DNA of 64,000 nucleotides, taken from positions 183,210,001 through 183,274,000 of the forward strand of contig OZ024743.1 in the NCBI GenBank assembly GCA_964016885.1, read 5' to 3'. A program made the translations under genes and the position numbers. This document shows positions 51,643 to 63,695 of the stretch, in pieces (position 1 is the first letter of the stretch; each line of letters opens with the position of its first letter). Under the pieces are notes generated by a model, which did not search any database, was not told the origin of the DNA, and saw only the letters and a list, made by a program, of their open reading frames with translations. The DNA comes from Eledone cirrhosa. Taxonomy: Eukaryota.

Positions 51643-52775
51643 GTGTATATATATATATAATACGACACACTGCCAGTGATTGAACCCCGAACCTCGATCT
51701 CAACCGTCTCTTATACTTACCACTAGGCTAAAGGGACGGTTACCTTTAAACTATCTCTGTTATTGTATTAAATATTTACTCTTGATTGGCCAGAGGTGTT
51801 TATTTCCAGGTACCTTATGAATTTGACTTTTCGTATTTATTACTGTTGCGAAATATTGTGGCTTTTTTTTGGTTGTAACTTCTCTGTTTTTTAGCCTAGG
51901 AAAATATATATATATGGCTACGTATATAATTACATGCATATATGTATTTATTTTCTTTTATTAATTGAGTTCTTTACACGAGGAATTAATATTGGTTTTG
52001 AAATAACTAATTAACCCGCGTGTGTTTTATATTTTACTCTTAATAATTCGGCCGGAGAATTATATTCCCATTTGCCCTTTATAGCATAACTTTCTGCATT
52101 TACTGCGGTTATGAGAAGCGGTTCTTATTCGGGTACAACTTCTGATTTAGCCTAAGAAAATATCTATATGCGTGTGTAATTTATACAAGCATATATTTAC
52201 TTTTTTATTTTCAATTGAGTTCTTAAACACGTTGGATTGATAATGTTTTCAAAAAAACTAATTAACCCGCGTGTATATTATTTTTTTCCTCATTTCGTGG
52301 ATCGTGGGTTGTCTCCCCTTCCCGCTTCGTGTCGCTATGATACTTCCTCAGTCAAAAACTGCTGGAATTTCAAATTTGGCGGTCATTCGAGGTGAGAGAG
52401 AGCAACTTTACGGACATGATTTTTGACAGCGGTAAGAAATTGTTTTCTCATATCAATGTTTAACGGGCTTCCACTGATGATTTATAAGTGCTCACCTAAA
52501 TATATTCTTACATGAATATATATTAGGCTTCTACATAAACTGGAAACATTCTCCCATACTTGTAGAAAACTTATAATGAAACAATTGTTTGGAAAGAGAG
52601 ATATACTTTAACTTTAATTATATCTCATAAAATAATACAACTGGTTTTTCCACATTATACATATTGTTAGCACCCCAAACACTTAAATTGGGTTTATATT
52701 TTAATATAACCTAATGTTTGTTGAGTGAGATGGTTACCAGTCAGGGTTTAGCTTTAAACTATCTCTGTTATTGTA

Positions 52776-52825
<50 letters not shown>

Positions 52826-52935
52826 ATGTAGAAGAGGGGTCTCAAACTCAAGGACATAAAAGGGTCATTATGTCATGGAGGAGAGGCACAGTGGGCCAAA
52901 CGTGGTGGTGGATGATGAATTTCACCAGTTATAAT

Positions 52936-53151
52936 CATTTCTATTATAGGCACAAGGCATGAAATTTAGGGTTTAGGGTTCAGTCGATTACATCAATCCC
53001 AGTTCACAACTGGTACTTAATTTATCGACACCAAAAGGATGAAAGGCAAAGTTGAGATCGGCGGAATTTGAACTCGGAACGTAAAAACGGAAGAGGTACC
53101 ACTGAGCATTTCACCAGATGTGCTAACGATTCCACCAGCTGACCGCCTTAT
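52936..53151 (-). mobile_element. tRNA-derived SINE with 16-bp TSD, inside a hAT-like MITE
   Basis: tttcaccagttataat at 52920-52935 and 53152-53167. Host ends ggggtctcaaac (~52836) and gtttgagccccc (~53225). Confidence 0.85.
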
Positions 53152-53253
53152 TTTCACCAGTTATAATGGAATCTGAAATATTGGTTCTACCACGGGCCAC
53201 AGAAAAGTAGTTTGCGGGCCGCATGTTTGAGCCCCCGTTGGAGAGATAGATAG

Positions 53254-54294
53254 ATTTCTTTATTTGCCACAAGGGTGCACAAGAAAAGGGGACAATACAA
53301 AGACATGGCGGGGATTTTACATACAGTCGTGTAAAAAATATAGAACAAACAATTACAACAATCGAAATCCCCAATAGGGGGGAGGCGCCACAAATGGGTT
53401 GTTTAATACCCCGTCGATAATAGAACAACCCTCAACTCCAGGAGCGTGCTGTGCAAGTGCTCCTTTCTTCCTTTTGCTCTCTTCTTCAACCTACAGGCTT
53501 ATAAACAGAGAAGGCCCAATCACTCGGGCCATTTTTGCCACATTCACCCACCTTTCAGTAAATTTACTGGGGTGTAGTGCCTCTCTCTCCACTCTGATTC
53601 TCCTTCTAAAGTGATACTTAAAGAAGGGAATCAATTGTTGTCCGGAGAAAAAGGCATCTGTCCTCAGTCCTCTCAATCTCGTCCACCATATAACCTCTTT
53701 CACCATAGCCACTGTACAGAAGAAAACCGCCTCTCTTTCGTTTTTGAAAGAGGCTGGCGGTTTGATCCTTACTATGGACTCGGCAGTCAACTGGATTTGT
53801 CCCATACGCAACAACAGTTGTTCTGCATAATTCCACAGGTTGGTTATGCCTGGGCAGTGTACAATTGCGTGCAGGACGGTTTCAATGTTCTGTGCGCATC
53901 TTGGACACGTCCTCTTGGAAGGGTCCCTGTAGATCTTGTCACGAACCGGTAGAGCTCCTCGGTAGCACTGCCAGGCCAGAGACACTGGAAGTTGTCCATA
54001 GGTCCCGGGCGGAAAGTCCTACCAAACAGACTGGTGAGCTCATCGTCTTCGACGCCCAGAGTCTCTCCGAGCACGTCGTCGCCCTTGTAACGTACAATCC
54101 CTCTATAGAATGTTGAAGTGGAGTCTCCAATGATTGCTGTGCCCGCTTGCCAGAGGACTGTGAGCACCTGAGCGCATTCAATGTGCCAGGCGCCCATCGT
54201 TTTCAGTCTTTTCTTGACCCAGGACTGCAGCTCCGTCAACGAGACGAGCTGCGGGATAGCCTGTCTCACAAACGGTGCCCACACCGGTTGGGAA
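53254..54294 (-). mobile_element. Tx1/L1-clade LINE 3' fragment (zf-RVT region)
   Basis: SLAWQCYRGALPVRDKI..CPRC..ETVLHAIVHC and KEVIWWTR. 3' aataaa, with (TAGA)n on both flanks. Confidence 0.8.
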
Positions 54295-54362
54295 ATAGAT
54301 AGATAGATAGACGAGTACCAAACACACACACACACACTTCTTACTCTCTCTGTCTCACCCTC

Positions 54363-54431
<69 letters not shown>

Positions 54432-54476
54432 CATCATCATCATCATCTTCGTTTAACGTCCATTTTCCACACTAGC

Positions 54477-54557
<81 letters not shown>

Positions 54558-54580
54558 CATATATATATACATATATATAC

Positions 54581-57500
54581 AAGTTAAAGTCAAATTCACC
54601 TCGTGGACGAGAATGCGAGCACTCCTCTTTGTTTCGTCCGCGGATGGCTAACATAACCCTATCTCCTCCCGCCCCCCACCACCCCCACCCTCCAAACGCA
54701 ACCCAAAACTTCAGAGCTGGTACCATAAATGTAGGCACCCTAAAGGGTCGCGCTAACGAGGTTGTAGAAATGCTTGAACGTAAGGAGGTCGATGTTTGTT
54801 GTATTCAAGAGACCAGGTGGAGGGGTGTGTCTGCTAGATTCATTGAGGGTAAAAAACGATGTTATAAGCTTTTATGGGTGGGAAACGACGATGGGCTGGG
54901 TGGAGTAGGAATCATGGTAGCAGAAAAGTGGGCAGATAAGATAATAGACGTAAATAGAGTGAACGACAGAATAATTAAAATAAGACTTGTCCTCAATAGA
55001 ACTACGGTGACAGTAATATCTGCGTACGCACCCCAATCCGGACTGCCCGGCACTATAAAAGACAGATTCTATGAGACACTGTTGCTAACTACCTCCCAAA
55101 TATCTGACAGTGACTATATAATTATTGCAGGCGACCTAAATGGTCACGTTGGACAACATTGTGACGGCTACGACGAAATCCATGGAGGCTATGGGTTTGG
55201 TACTAGAAATGAGGAAGGCTCCAGAATCCTGGAATACTGTGATGCAAATAACCTAACTATCTGTAACACTAACTTCAAAAAACGTGACAATCACCTGATT
55301 ACCTATAGATCCGGGGAACACACAAGCCAGGTAGATTATATCCTTACCAGAAGACGTGACAGAGTGTCTGTTGTAAACACTAAATCCCTCCCCCATGAAG
55401 AATGCACCTCCCAACATAGACTGATAATTAGCGACCTCATAGTCAGGACGAGACGTACCCGACAGCAGAAGAGGACTATCCTCAGGAGAAAAATATGGAA
55501 GCTAAAGGACCCCACAGCCAGAAATAAATTTCAAAGCATATTACTTGATGCTTTCGACAGTAAGGAAGAGCATCTAGAATCGGACAATATAGAGGGACAG
55601 TGGAAATTTCTGAAAGCAAACCTGCTGTTGGCGACAGACGAGGTCTGTGGCTGGAGCAGGCCTGTAGGCAGGAGGAGAGTAACATGGTGGTGGAACAATA
55701 GGGTGGAGGGGTCAATTAAGGCCAAAAAGCAGGCTTGGAAAGTATGGCGGGATGGGGGAAGTAGAGTAGACTATCAAGTGGCCAGGAGGGAAGCTAGGAG
55801 AGAAGTGTACTTAGCAAGAAGGGAAGCGGAGGAAAGAAAGTTCAAGCATGTTCTACAACGCGATGACCAAAAACGTGAGGTGTTCAGGATTGCCAGGCAA
55901 TGCGTCAAGGAAAACCGTGATATTGTCGGGGAGAAGTGTGTACTTAACGATGATGGCATACTTGCCATCACCGACACTGATAAGAAGGTAGCTTGGAAGT
56001 GTCACTATGAAAGGCTACTAAATGAGGAGAATAAATGGGAGAAAGACAGTCTCCCCCATATCGACCCGATAGAGGGACCAGCAGTGTTAGTCGAGGGGAG
56101 TATAATAAGTAAGGCAATCAAGGATATGAAGACTGGTAAGGCGGCTGGGCCTTCGGAAATAGTTGCTGAGATGCTGAAGGCATCTGGCACGGTGGGACAC
56201 ACCATGGTCACCCGCATAGTTAACCAAGTCGTACAGAATGGGGTTGTTCCGAAGGACTGGCATAGCAGCATCATCGTTAACTGTTATAAGGGTAAAGGAG
56301 ACGCCCTAGATAGGAGTAACTATAGAGGCATTAAATTAATCGACCAGGTCATGAAGGTCACGGAAAAAGTAATAGCGCAACTAATCAGAGAGAGAATTGA
56401 TCTAGATGAAATGCAGTTCGGGTTTGTGTCAGGCAAAAGCACCACAGACGCTCTTTTCATAGTACGACAACTACAGGAGAAGTACCTAGCTAAAGGTAAA
56501 CCCCTCTACTTAGCTTTTGTCGACCTGGAGAAAGCCTTCGACAGAGTCCCCCGCTCCATTATCTGGTGGGCTCTTAGAAAACTAGGCGTTGACGAATGGC
56601 TTGTGAGGGCTATACAAGCCATGTATAAAGAAACAGTCAGCAAGGTTAGAATTAACAACGAATATAGTGAAGAGTTTAGCGTAAAAGTTGGCGTCCATCA
56701 GGGCTCTGTTCTCAGCCCCCTACTATTTATTATTGCCCTTCAGGCTATAACAGAGGAGTTCAAGACAGGCTGCCCATGGGAACTCCTATACGCAGACGAC
56801 CTGACACTCATAGCGGAATCAATGGCCGAGCTAGAGAAGAAATTCCAAACATGGAAGCACGGCCTAGAGTCAAAAGGACTTAAAATTAACCTGGCTAAGA
56901 CCAAAGTTCTAGTTTGTAGGAAAGAAAACAAGGCGGCGGTCCCTTCTGGGAAATGGTCGTGCTCGGTATGTAGGAAAGGCGTAGGTAGAAACTCCATCTT
57001 ATGTCCTAAATGCAAAGTATGGGTGCATAAAAGATGTAGTGGGATCACAGGTAAGCTAACTAAGAACATAGACTTTACATGTGGCCGATGTTCTGGTGCA
57101 ATAAGTAGCAGCAAGTGCCCACAAAATACTAGCTCTTTCAATTGCGCAGAGGGTTCTATAGAAATAGTGGACAGCTTCCGTTACCTGGGCGATAAAATCA
57201 GCAGTGGGGGAGGGTGCTCTGAAAGTACTGTAGCTAGAGTCAGAACTGGTTGGAAAAAGTTCAGAGAGCTTATACCACTATTAGCTGCTAAAGGGTTCTC
57301 CCTAAAAATGAAAGGCAGGTTGTACGATGCCTGCATACGAACAGCAATGTTGCATGGTAGTGAGACCTGGGCATTGTGTGCAGAGGATATACGCAGACTA
57401 GAGAGGAACGAAGCTTGCATGCTCCGCTGGATGTGTAACAGTAATATACGTGAACGGCAAAGCATAAACGAACTAAGGAAAAAATTAGAGATAAGAGGGA

Positions 57501-58113
57501 TCAGATGTTGTTTACTCGAGAGAAGGCTGCGTTGGTATGGACACGTGATGCGCATGAAAGTCGATAGCTGTATTACAAAGTGCAGGGCAATAAAGATAGA
57601 CGGTAGCCACGGAATAGGCAGACCTAGAAAAACATGGGATGAGCTGATAAACTCCGACCTCATACACTTACACCTCTCCAAGACAATGTCACTGGACCGT
57701 GACCTTTGGCGGTACTCAGTAACAGAGAAGACCCGCCTTGCCAGTAGGCATCTCTAACAAACTACACCCCGTCCCGCCACCACCCCCACCCCATCCACAC
57801 CACCCCGTTCCATGTAAAGTTATGTTGGTGCCGCGCCATCCAGGCCGAAACAAACGAGATCGTGTAGGTGTCACGACAAAAAAACACACAGTCCACGCTG
57901 TAATGTGGCCGTGTAGGCAACACGGTAAAAACCTCCCAGACCCACACTGTAAATGTGGTTGGTGTTAGGAAGGGCATCCAACTGTAGAAAATCTGCCAGA
58001 CAGTCCTATGCGAGCAAGACAATCACTCTTGCCTCAAGTGGGACTACCCCCGTCCAAACCCATGCAAGCGTGGAACACGGACGTTAAACGTTGATGATGA
58101 TGATGATGATGAT
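54581..58113 (+). mobile_element. Near full-length RTE LINE (subfamily A)
   Basis: Single intact ORF, 3' UTR and (GAT)n tail, bounded by (TA)n. Confidence 0.96.
54644..57757 (+). CDS. RTE retrotransposon protein: APE endonuclease, reverse transcriptase and Cys-rich PHD-like finger (1037 aa from first ATG)
   Basis: APE motifs [42 protein letters not shown] motifs [28 protein letters not shown]. No stops. Confidence 0.95.
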   Translation: MANITLSPPAPHHPHPPNATQNFRAGTINVGTLKGRANEVVEMLERKEVDVCCIQETRWRGVSARFIEGKKRCYKLLWVGNDDGLGGVGIMVAEKWADKIIDVNRVNDRIIKIRLVLNRTTVTVISAYAPQSGLPGTIKDRFYETLLLTTSQISDSDYIIIAGDLNGHVGQHCDGYDEIHGGYGFGTRNEEGSRILEYCDANNLTICNTNFKKRDNHLITYRSGEHTSQVDYILTRRRDRVSVVNTKSLPHEECTSQHRLIISDLIVRTRRTRQQKRTILRRKIWKLKDPTARNKFQSILLDAFDSKEEHLESDNIEGQWKFLKANLLLATDEVCGWSRPVGRRRVTWWWNNRVEGSIKAKKQAWKVWRDGGSRVDYQVARREARREVYLARREAEERKFKHVLQRDDQKREVFRIARQCVKENRDIVGEKCVLNDDGILAITDTDKKVAWKCHYERLLNEENKWEKDSLPHIDPIEGPAVLVEGSIISKAIKDMKTGKAAGPSEIVAEMLKASGTVGHTMVTRIVNQVVQNGVVPKDWHSSIIVNCYKGKGDALDRSNYRGIKLIDQVMKVTEKVIAQLIRERIDLDEMQFGFVSGKSTTDALFIVRQLQEKYLAKGKPLYLAFVDLEKAFDRVPRSIIWWALRKLGVDEWLVRAIQAMYKETVSKVRINNEYSEEFSVKVGVHQGSVLSPLLFIIALQAITEEFKTGCPWELLYADDLTLIAESMAELEKKFQTWKHGLESKGLKINLAKTKVLVCRKENKAAVPSGKWSCSVCRKGVGRNSILCPKCKVWVHKRCSGITGKLTKNIDFTCGRCSGAISSSKCPQNTSSFNCAEGSIEIVDSFRYLGDKISSGGGCSESTVARVRTGWKKFRELIPLLAAKGFSLKMKGRLYDACIRTAMLHGSETWALCAEDIRRLERNEACMLRWMCNSNIRERQSINELRKKLEIRGIRCCLLERRLRWYGHVMRMKVDSCITKCRAIKIDGSHGIGRPRKTWDELINSDLIHLHLSKTMSLDRDLWRYSVTEKTRLASRHL

Positions 58114-58193
58114 ATATATCATCATCATCATCATCACCGTTTTACGTCCGTTCTTCCACGCTAGCATGGGTTAGACGATATATATATATATAT

Positions 58194-58712
58194 ATGAATA
58201 TATGTATAGTATATTTGGCAATATACTGTATGCTTAATTAAAAACATTTTGAAGACCTTGCGCTACTATTTTAAAGTAGTGACTATGTCACTTACTTCTT
58301 TTTTCAACAAACGAAGGGAGATAAGCTGACAGATCTGTTTCACACTGTTGGTGATCATCGGAGCTTAGCACTCGCCGGCCTTTGTTGAAAATTATAGAGG
58401 CTGAATTCTTATAGAATTCCAGTAATAATCAGGAACTGATTATACAGAGCGATTGCCGGTCCAGCAAAAATTGAAAATTAGGATTGGTGCTCTGAAATAG
58501 CGATGTAAACAGCGCAAGGTCTTCAAAATGTTTTTAATTAAGCATACAGTATATCGCCAAATATACTATACATACATTCATGTATCCATCGCTATTTCAG
58601 AGCACCACTCCTAATTTTCAATTTTTGCTGGACCAGCAATCGCTCTGTATAATCAGTTCCTGACTATTACTAGAATTCTATAAGAATCCAGCCTCTATAA
58701 TTTTCAACAAAG
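58194..58712. mobile_element. Interleaved fold-back element (A-x-B-A'-B') carrying a hammerhead; retrozyme-like
   Basis: A 58194-58264 pairs with A' 58511-58581. B 58380-58505 pairs with B' 58587-58712. Confidence 0.8.
58322..58367 (-). ncRNA. Type I hammerhead-like ribozyme, CCGAUGA core, GUC cleavage triplet
   Basis: Minus strand reads taagct-CCGATGA-t cac caaca gtg t-GAAAC-agatct-GTC-agctta. Perfect 6-bp stem I and palindromic stem III (acagatctgt). Confidence 0.75.
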
Positions 58713-58827
58713 CTGAGTAAACTGGAGCAATGTGAAATAAAGTATCTTGCTCAACTCACAACCTTTCGATTGCAAGGCTAATGTGCCCCATAAAGAATGA
58801 AATACTTTTCTATTCTTCCCAAGCACA

Positions 58828-59460
58828 CATCATCATCATCATCATCATCATCATCAATTTACGTCTGTTTTTCCACATTAGCATGAGTTGGACAGGTCCT
58901 TCTCAGCACAGTGTCTCTCCACTTGTCATGTTTCTTTATAATCTCCTCTGTGAGTCTCAGTGATTTAAGGTCAGCTCCCACCACTTCCTCCCCAGTCTTC
59001 TTTGGTCTACCTCTATTATGGTTTCCCTCCACTGGGATAACTTAGCACTTCTTCACTCAGCAATCATCATCCATACCAACACAGTCTCCTCTCCTCCACA
59101 CTACTTCTGATTCCTCTTAAACCTAGTTTCTCACTTAGTTCATCTATGCTTTGTCATTCTCACACATTAACTTTTCACATACATCAAAGCATGCTTACCT
59201 CATTCCTCTTCAGCCTCCGCGTGTCCTCTGTGTTCACTGCCCATGTCTCACTTCATACACAGGCATTATACAGCCAACCTTTTGTTCATAGGGAGAAACC
59301 TTTGGTTGTTAGCAGAAGTGACAGTTCCCTAAATTTCTTCCATCCTATCCTTATTCTAGCTACTATGCTCTCCAAGCACCCTTCTCCACAGCTAATTATA
59401 TCACCTAGGTAGCAGAAGCTACCAACTACTTTTATTGATCCTTCCTTGGATTGGAAAAGG
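58828..59460 (-). mobile_element. Decayed RTE 3' fragment
   Basis: Homologous to the YLGD..GGG...W.KFREL..LL region, with a (CAT)n tail. Confidence 0.85.
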
Positions 59461-59760
59461 TTTATATTATTTATTTTATTACATTACTGTTTATATTTGC
59501 GATAGGAATGAGGGGCATGAATTATGTTGTGCTGTATATAGTTTAGTTAGCTTTTAGAAAACATTGTTAGTCCAAATGTCACGTTGATGTTTAAATGAAA
59601 TATTGACTCAATACTAAATTAAGATTTATCTTTCAAATTATTATTGAATTTTGATGTTGAATCAACAACAGGTGATAAGTGGTGATATATCAATATTGAA
59701 ACAGGATTAATTTTAAATTAAATATTTTCTAATTATCAAATAAAACATCATTTATTAGCT

Positions 59761-60219
59761 TTAACCCTATAACACCTGGGCGTTTAAGGGCTCCATAAAT
59801 CTGGGTGGGGTGCGGTGGGGGCTCTCAGAGACCTCCTCCCTTCTGTTTTATTCCCAAACCACTAAAGCTATGACAATGAAACTTGGCACAAGTATACACC
59901 ATTGATAGGAGAGCATTTCTGCATTACAAAATTGTTGCTAATGTCATCAGGTATACCCAAATGGGTTAAAATTTAGTATTTTTATAATGTTCAAAATTTT
60001 TCCAGAACCACAAAGGCTATGACCATGGAACTTTCCAGGGATATAGGTACTACAAATCTTTATAGTATCTTCTTTACTAGAGAGCATTTCTTTGTGAAAA
60101 CTTGTACTATTAGAATAAAGACTTTAGTTTTTAATGTGATGCAGTCATAGTACTTCTTTGAGCTTTTCAAGAATATCTTGCTAATGTTGTTTCATGGGGT
60201 ACAGGACATTAAGAGGTAA
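59761..60219. mobile_element. Possible old TTAA-type (piggyBac-like) MITE
   Basis: ttaaccctataacacctg at the left end, degenerate inverted match caggacattaagaggtaa at the right end, and an internal duplicated accac.aa.gctatgac.atg.aact motif. Confidence 0.3.
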
Positions 60220-60280
60220 GTGAAACTTATATAACTTAAAATTTAACTTGATTACAAAAAGCCATTTCCAATAAATAAAT

Positions 60281-60680
60281 ATAAGACCCGCCTTGCCTAA
60301 GTACAAAGCAAAACCTACAGTCAGTAGGCACCTCTAACAAAATACACCCCCGTCCCACTACCCCACCCCATCTACACCACCCCCTTAAATGTGAAGTTAT
60401 GTTGGTACCACAACATCCAGTCCGAAACAAATGAGGTTGTGTAGGTGTCACGACAAAAAAACACACAGTCCACGCTGTAATGTGGCCGTGTAGGTAACAC
60501 GGTAAAAACCTCCCAGTCCACACTGTAAACGTGGTTGGTGTTAGGAAGGGCATCCAGCCATAGAAAACCCGCCAGACAGTCCTGAGCAAGACAACCAATC
60601 TTGCCTCAAGTGGGACAACTCCTGTCCAGACCCATGCTAGCATGGAAAATGGACGTTAAACGATGATGATGATGATGATG
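60281..60680 (+). mobile_element. RTE 3' UTR (A-like)
   Basis: Similar to 57728-58113. Confidence 0.9.
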
Positions 60681-61474
60681 AACAACACCTGTAATATTTT
60701 AGATACGTTTTCTACATCTCTGTCTGGTGAGTGTATTCTTCCCTTTTAGTAAAACATTTTAAAGAAATGTTTAAATAAATATTCTTAAAAGTCAGAAAAT
60801 AAAACTTAACAACCTACACTTAATATGTCAGACAATTTAATCCATGCTGTCTAATGTGTTTTATTAGTCTGTTAAATATCTCTCAGAGAAAAGTCTTCTA
60901 TCTAAATTGCTGAAAATGATCTTTAAATCAATTTCATGTACAGAATTGTTAAATAGATTTTCTTTTATTCCTAATGAGAAACTGACATATTGGAAGTTGG
61001 TCATTTAGATTAACAATTTCATTGTTTGCAAACATAAACAACATTCAAAACTTAACTCTTTCTCTTTCTCTCTCTCTCTCACACACACACACACATACAC
61101 ACACTCTCTCTCTCTCTCTATCTCTCTCTATCTATCTAGCTCTCTCTCTCTCACATATATACCCACACACACTCTCTCTCTAATACACACACATACACTC
61201 TAAACCCCCACCCCCACCCATCACACACACATTTTTCCACACTAGCATAAGTTAGACCAGATGTCCCATTTTGAGTCAAGTCAGATCACATTACCATATC
61301 TTGTTTATACAGAATTGTTTCTGCTTGGAAAATATATATAATACCTGTGTGTGGGATAGGTGTGTTTACTGGATATAACACACCAAAATGGTTAAGATAT
61401 GTTAGATGAACCCATGCCTTGTAATTGAAACTGGGTAGACAGAAACTGTGTGGAAACCCATTGGGTGGACTGTA

Positions 61475-63512
61475 CATCATCATCATCATCATCATCATCA
61501 CCGTTTTACGTCCGTTCTTCCACGCTAGCATGGGTTAGACGGGTTGTCCTGTTGTGGGCAGTGTCTGGTCGGCTGACCATGCCTTGCTCATACAGGAACT
61601 GATCTGGCTTGATTTCTACAGCTGGATGCCCTTCCTAACACCAACCTCATTTACAGTGAGTGCTGGGTGCTTTTTCGTGGCGCCTACACGTCCACTTTAC
61701 AGTGTGGGCTGGGTGCTTTTTTGCCGTGGCACCTCCACGACCACCTTGCGGTGGGGGGGAGTGGGGGCATATTGTTTATATGCTTCAGCATGTACCCATG
61801 GGAGGTCGGGTACCCTGTATTACTGCGTGACGCCAGAAGTCACGGTCGTGTGTCATTGACTTTGAGAGGTGTAGTTGGGTAAGGTCGGCTTTTATCACCT
61901 CATCCCAAGTCATCTTGGGTCTCCCCACTCCGCGGTTTCCATCAACTTCTAGTGCTCTGCACCTTTTTATGCAGCTGTCATCCTTCATACGCATCACATG
62001 TCCATACCAGCGTAACCGCCTCTCCTGCACGCAGCATTTGATTCCTCTTATGCTCAGTCTCTCTCTCAATTCCTTTATGCTTTGTCGTTCACGTATATTA
62101 CTGTTACACATCCATCGGAGCATGCAGGTTTCGTTTCTCTCTAATCTACGTAAGTCTTCCACCTTCAGCGCCCAGGTCTCACTACCATGTAACATCGCTG
62201 TTCGGATACACGCATCATACAGTCTGCCTTTCATTCTGAGGGAGCAGCCTTTTGCAGCTAGCAGTGGTAGTAGTTCCCTAAACTTCTTCCATCCCGTTCT
62301 TACCCTAGTTATTGTACTTTCTGAGCACCCACCTCTGTTGCTAATTCGGTCACCTAGGTAGCAGAAGCTGTCTACTGTTTCTACAGGGCCCTCCCAGAGA
62401 TTGGTGGTACTTGTTTCCTGTGGCTGTTTGCTTGCTGTTTCAGCACAGCTGCTGCATGTGAATCCTACATTCTTAATTAAGCTTCCTGAGATCCCGCTAC
62501 ATCTCTTGTGTACCCATTGTTTGCATTTGGGGCAGAGAATGGAGTTCCTACCTACACCTTTCCTACATACTGAGCAAGGCCATTTCCCTGAGGGGATCTG
62601 TGTTCTGTTTTCTCGTCTACTTACAAGGACCTTAGTCTTTGTCATGTTGACTTTGAGGCCCTTTCTCTCTAGTCCCTGCTTCCAGGTTTGGAATTTATTC
62701 TCTAGTTCTACCATAGATTCAGCTATGAGTGCGAGGTCATCAGCATACAGGAGTTCCCATGGGCATCCGGTCTTAAACTCCTCCGTTATTGCCTGCAGGA
62801 CTATGATGAACAGGAGAGGGCTAAGAACAGAGCCCTGGTGGACCCCAACCTGTACGCTAAATTCCTCGCTATACTCATTGCTAATCCTAACTTTGCTGAC
62901 TGCTCCCCTATACATGGCTTGTACCGCTTTCACAAGCCATTCATCTACTCCTAGTTTTCTAAGAGCCCACCAGATTACTGCACGTGGAACTCTGTCAAAG
63001 GCTTTATCAAGGTCGACGAATGCCAAGTAGAGTGGCTTACTTTTAGCTAGGTACTTTTCCTGTAATTGCCTCACAAGGAAGAGGGCATCAGTGGTGCCTT
63101 TCCCTGGTACAAACCCAAATTGCATCTCGTCTATATTCACCCGGTCCCTAATCAGCTGTGCTATAACTCTTTCTGTTACTTTCATGACTTGGTCCATCAG
63201 CTTTATACCTCTATAGTTTCCTCTATCTAGTGCATCGCCTTTACCTTTGTAGCAGTTGACAATGATGCTACTGCACCAATCTTTTGGTATGGCCCCTTTT
63301 AGTATTACCTGGTTAACGATACGTGTGGTTATAGTGTGACCTACATACCCAGATGCCTTCAGCATCTCGGCAGCTATACCCGATGGACCGGTTGCCTTCC
63401 CTATCTTCATATATCTGATTGCCTTACTTACTACGCTGCCGCTGACTTGTACTGCTGGTCCCTCTATAGGGTCTACGTGGGGTAGGGTCTCTTCTTCCCA
63501 TGCATTCTCCTC
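61475..63512 (-). mobile_element. 5'-truncated RTE LINE (subfamily B) with open RT ORF
   Basis: ORF to the stop at 61785 is nearly identical to 16999-18722 but lacks the frameshift. Confidence 0.95.
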
Positions 63513-63635
63513 TTGGGTTTGGACGGGAATTTTCCCACTTGAGGCAAGATTGTTTGTCTTGCTCGTATAGGACTGTCTGGCAGGTTTTCTACGGCTGGAT
63601 GCCCTTCCTAACACCAACCACGTTTACAGTGTGGA

Positions 63636-63638
<3 letters not shown>
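63513..63638 (-). mobile_element. RTE 3' UTR piece (A-like) fused to the B element
   Basis: Matches 57943-58061 and lacks the terminal tail. Confidence 0.8.

Positions 63639-63691
<53 letters not shown>

Positions 63692-63695
<4 letters not shown>

Noticed and set aside
52470-52510. CTGATGA followed by a weak hairpin
   Set aside because: No GAAA or NUH and no stem I partner.
60703-60733. Possible micro-exon ending ctg|gtgagt
   Set aside because: Weak acceptor just downstream of a LINE tail, with no independent support.
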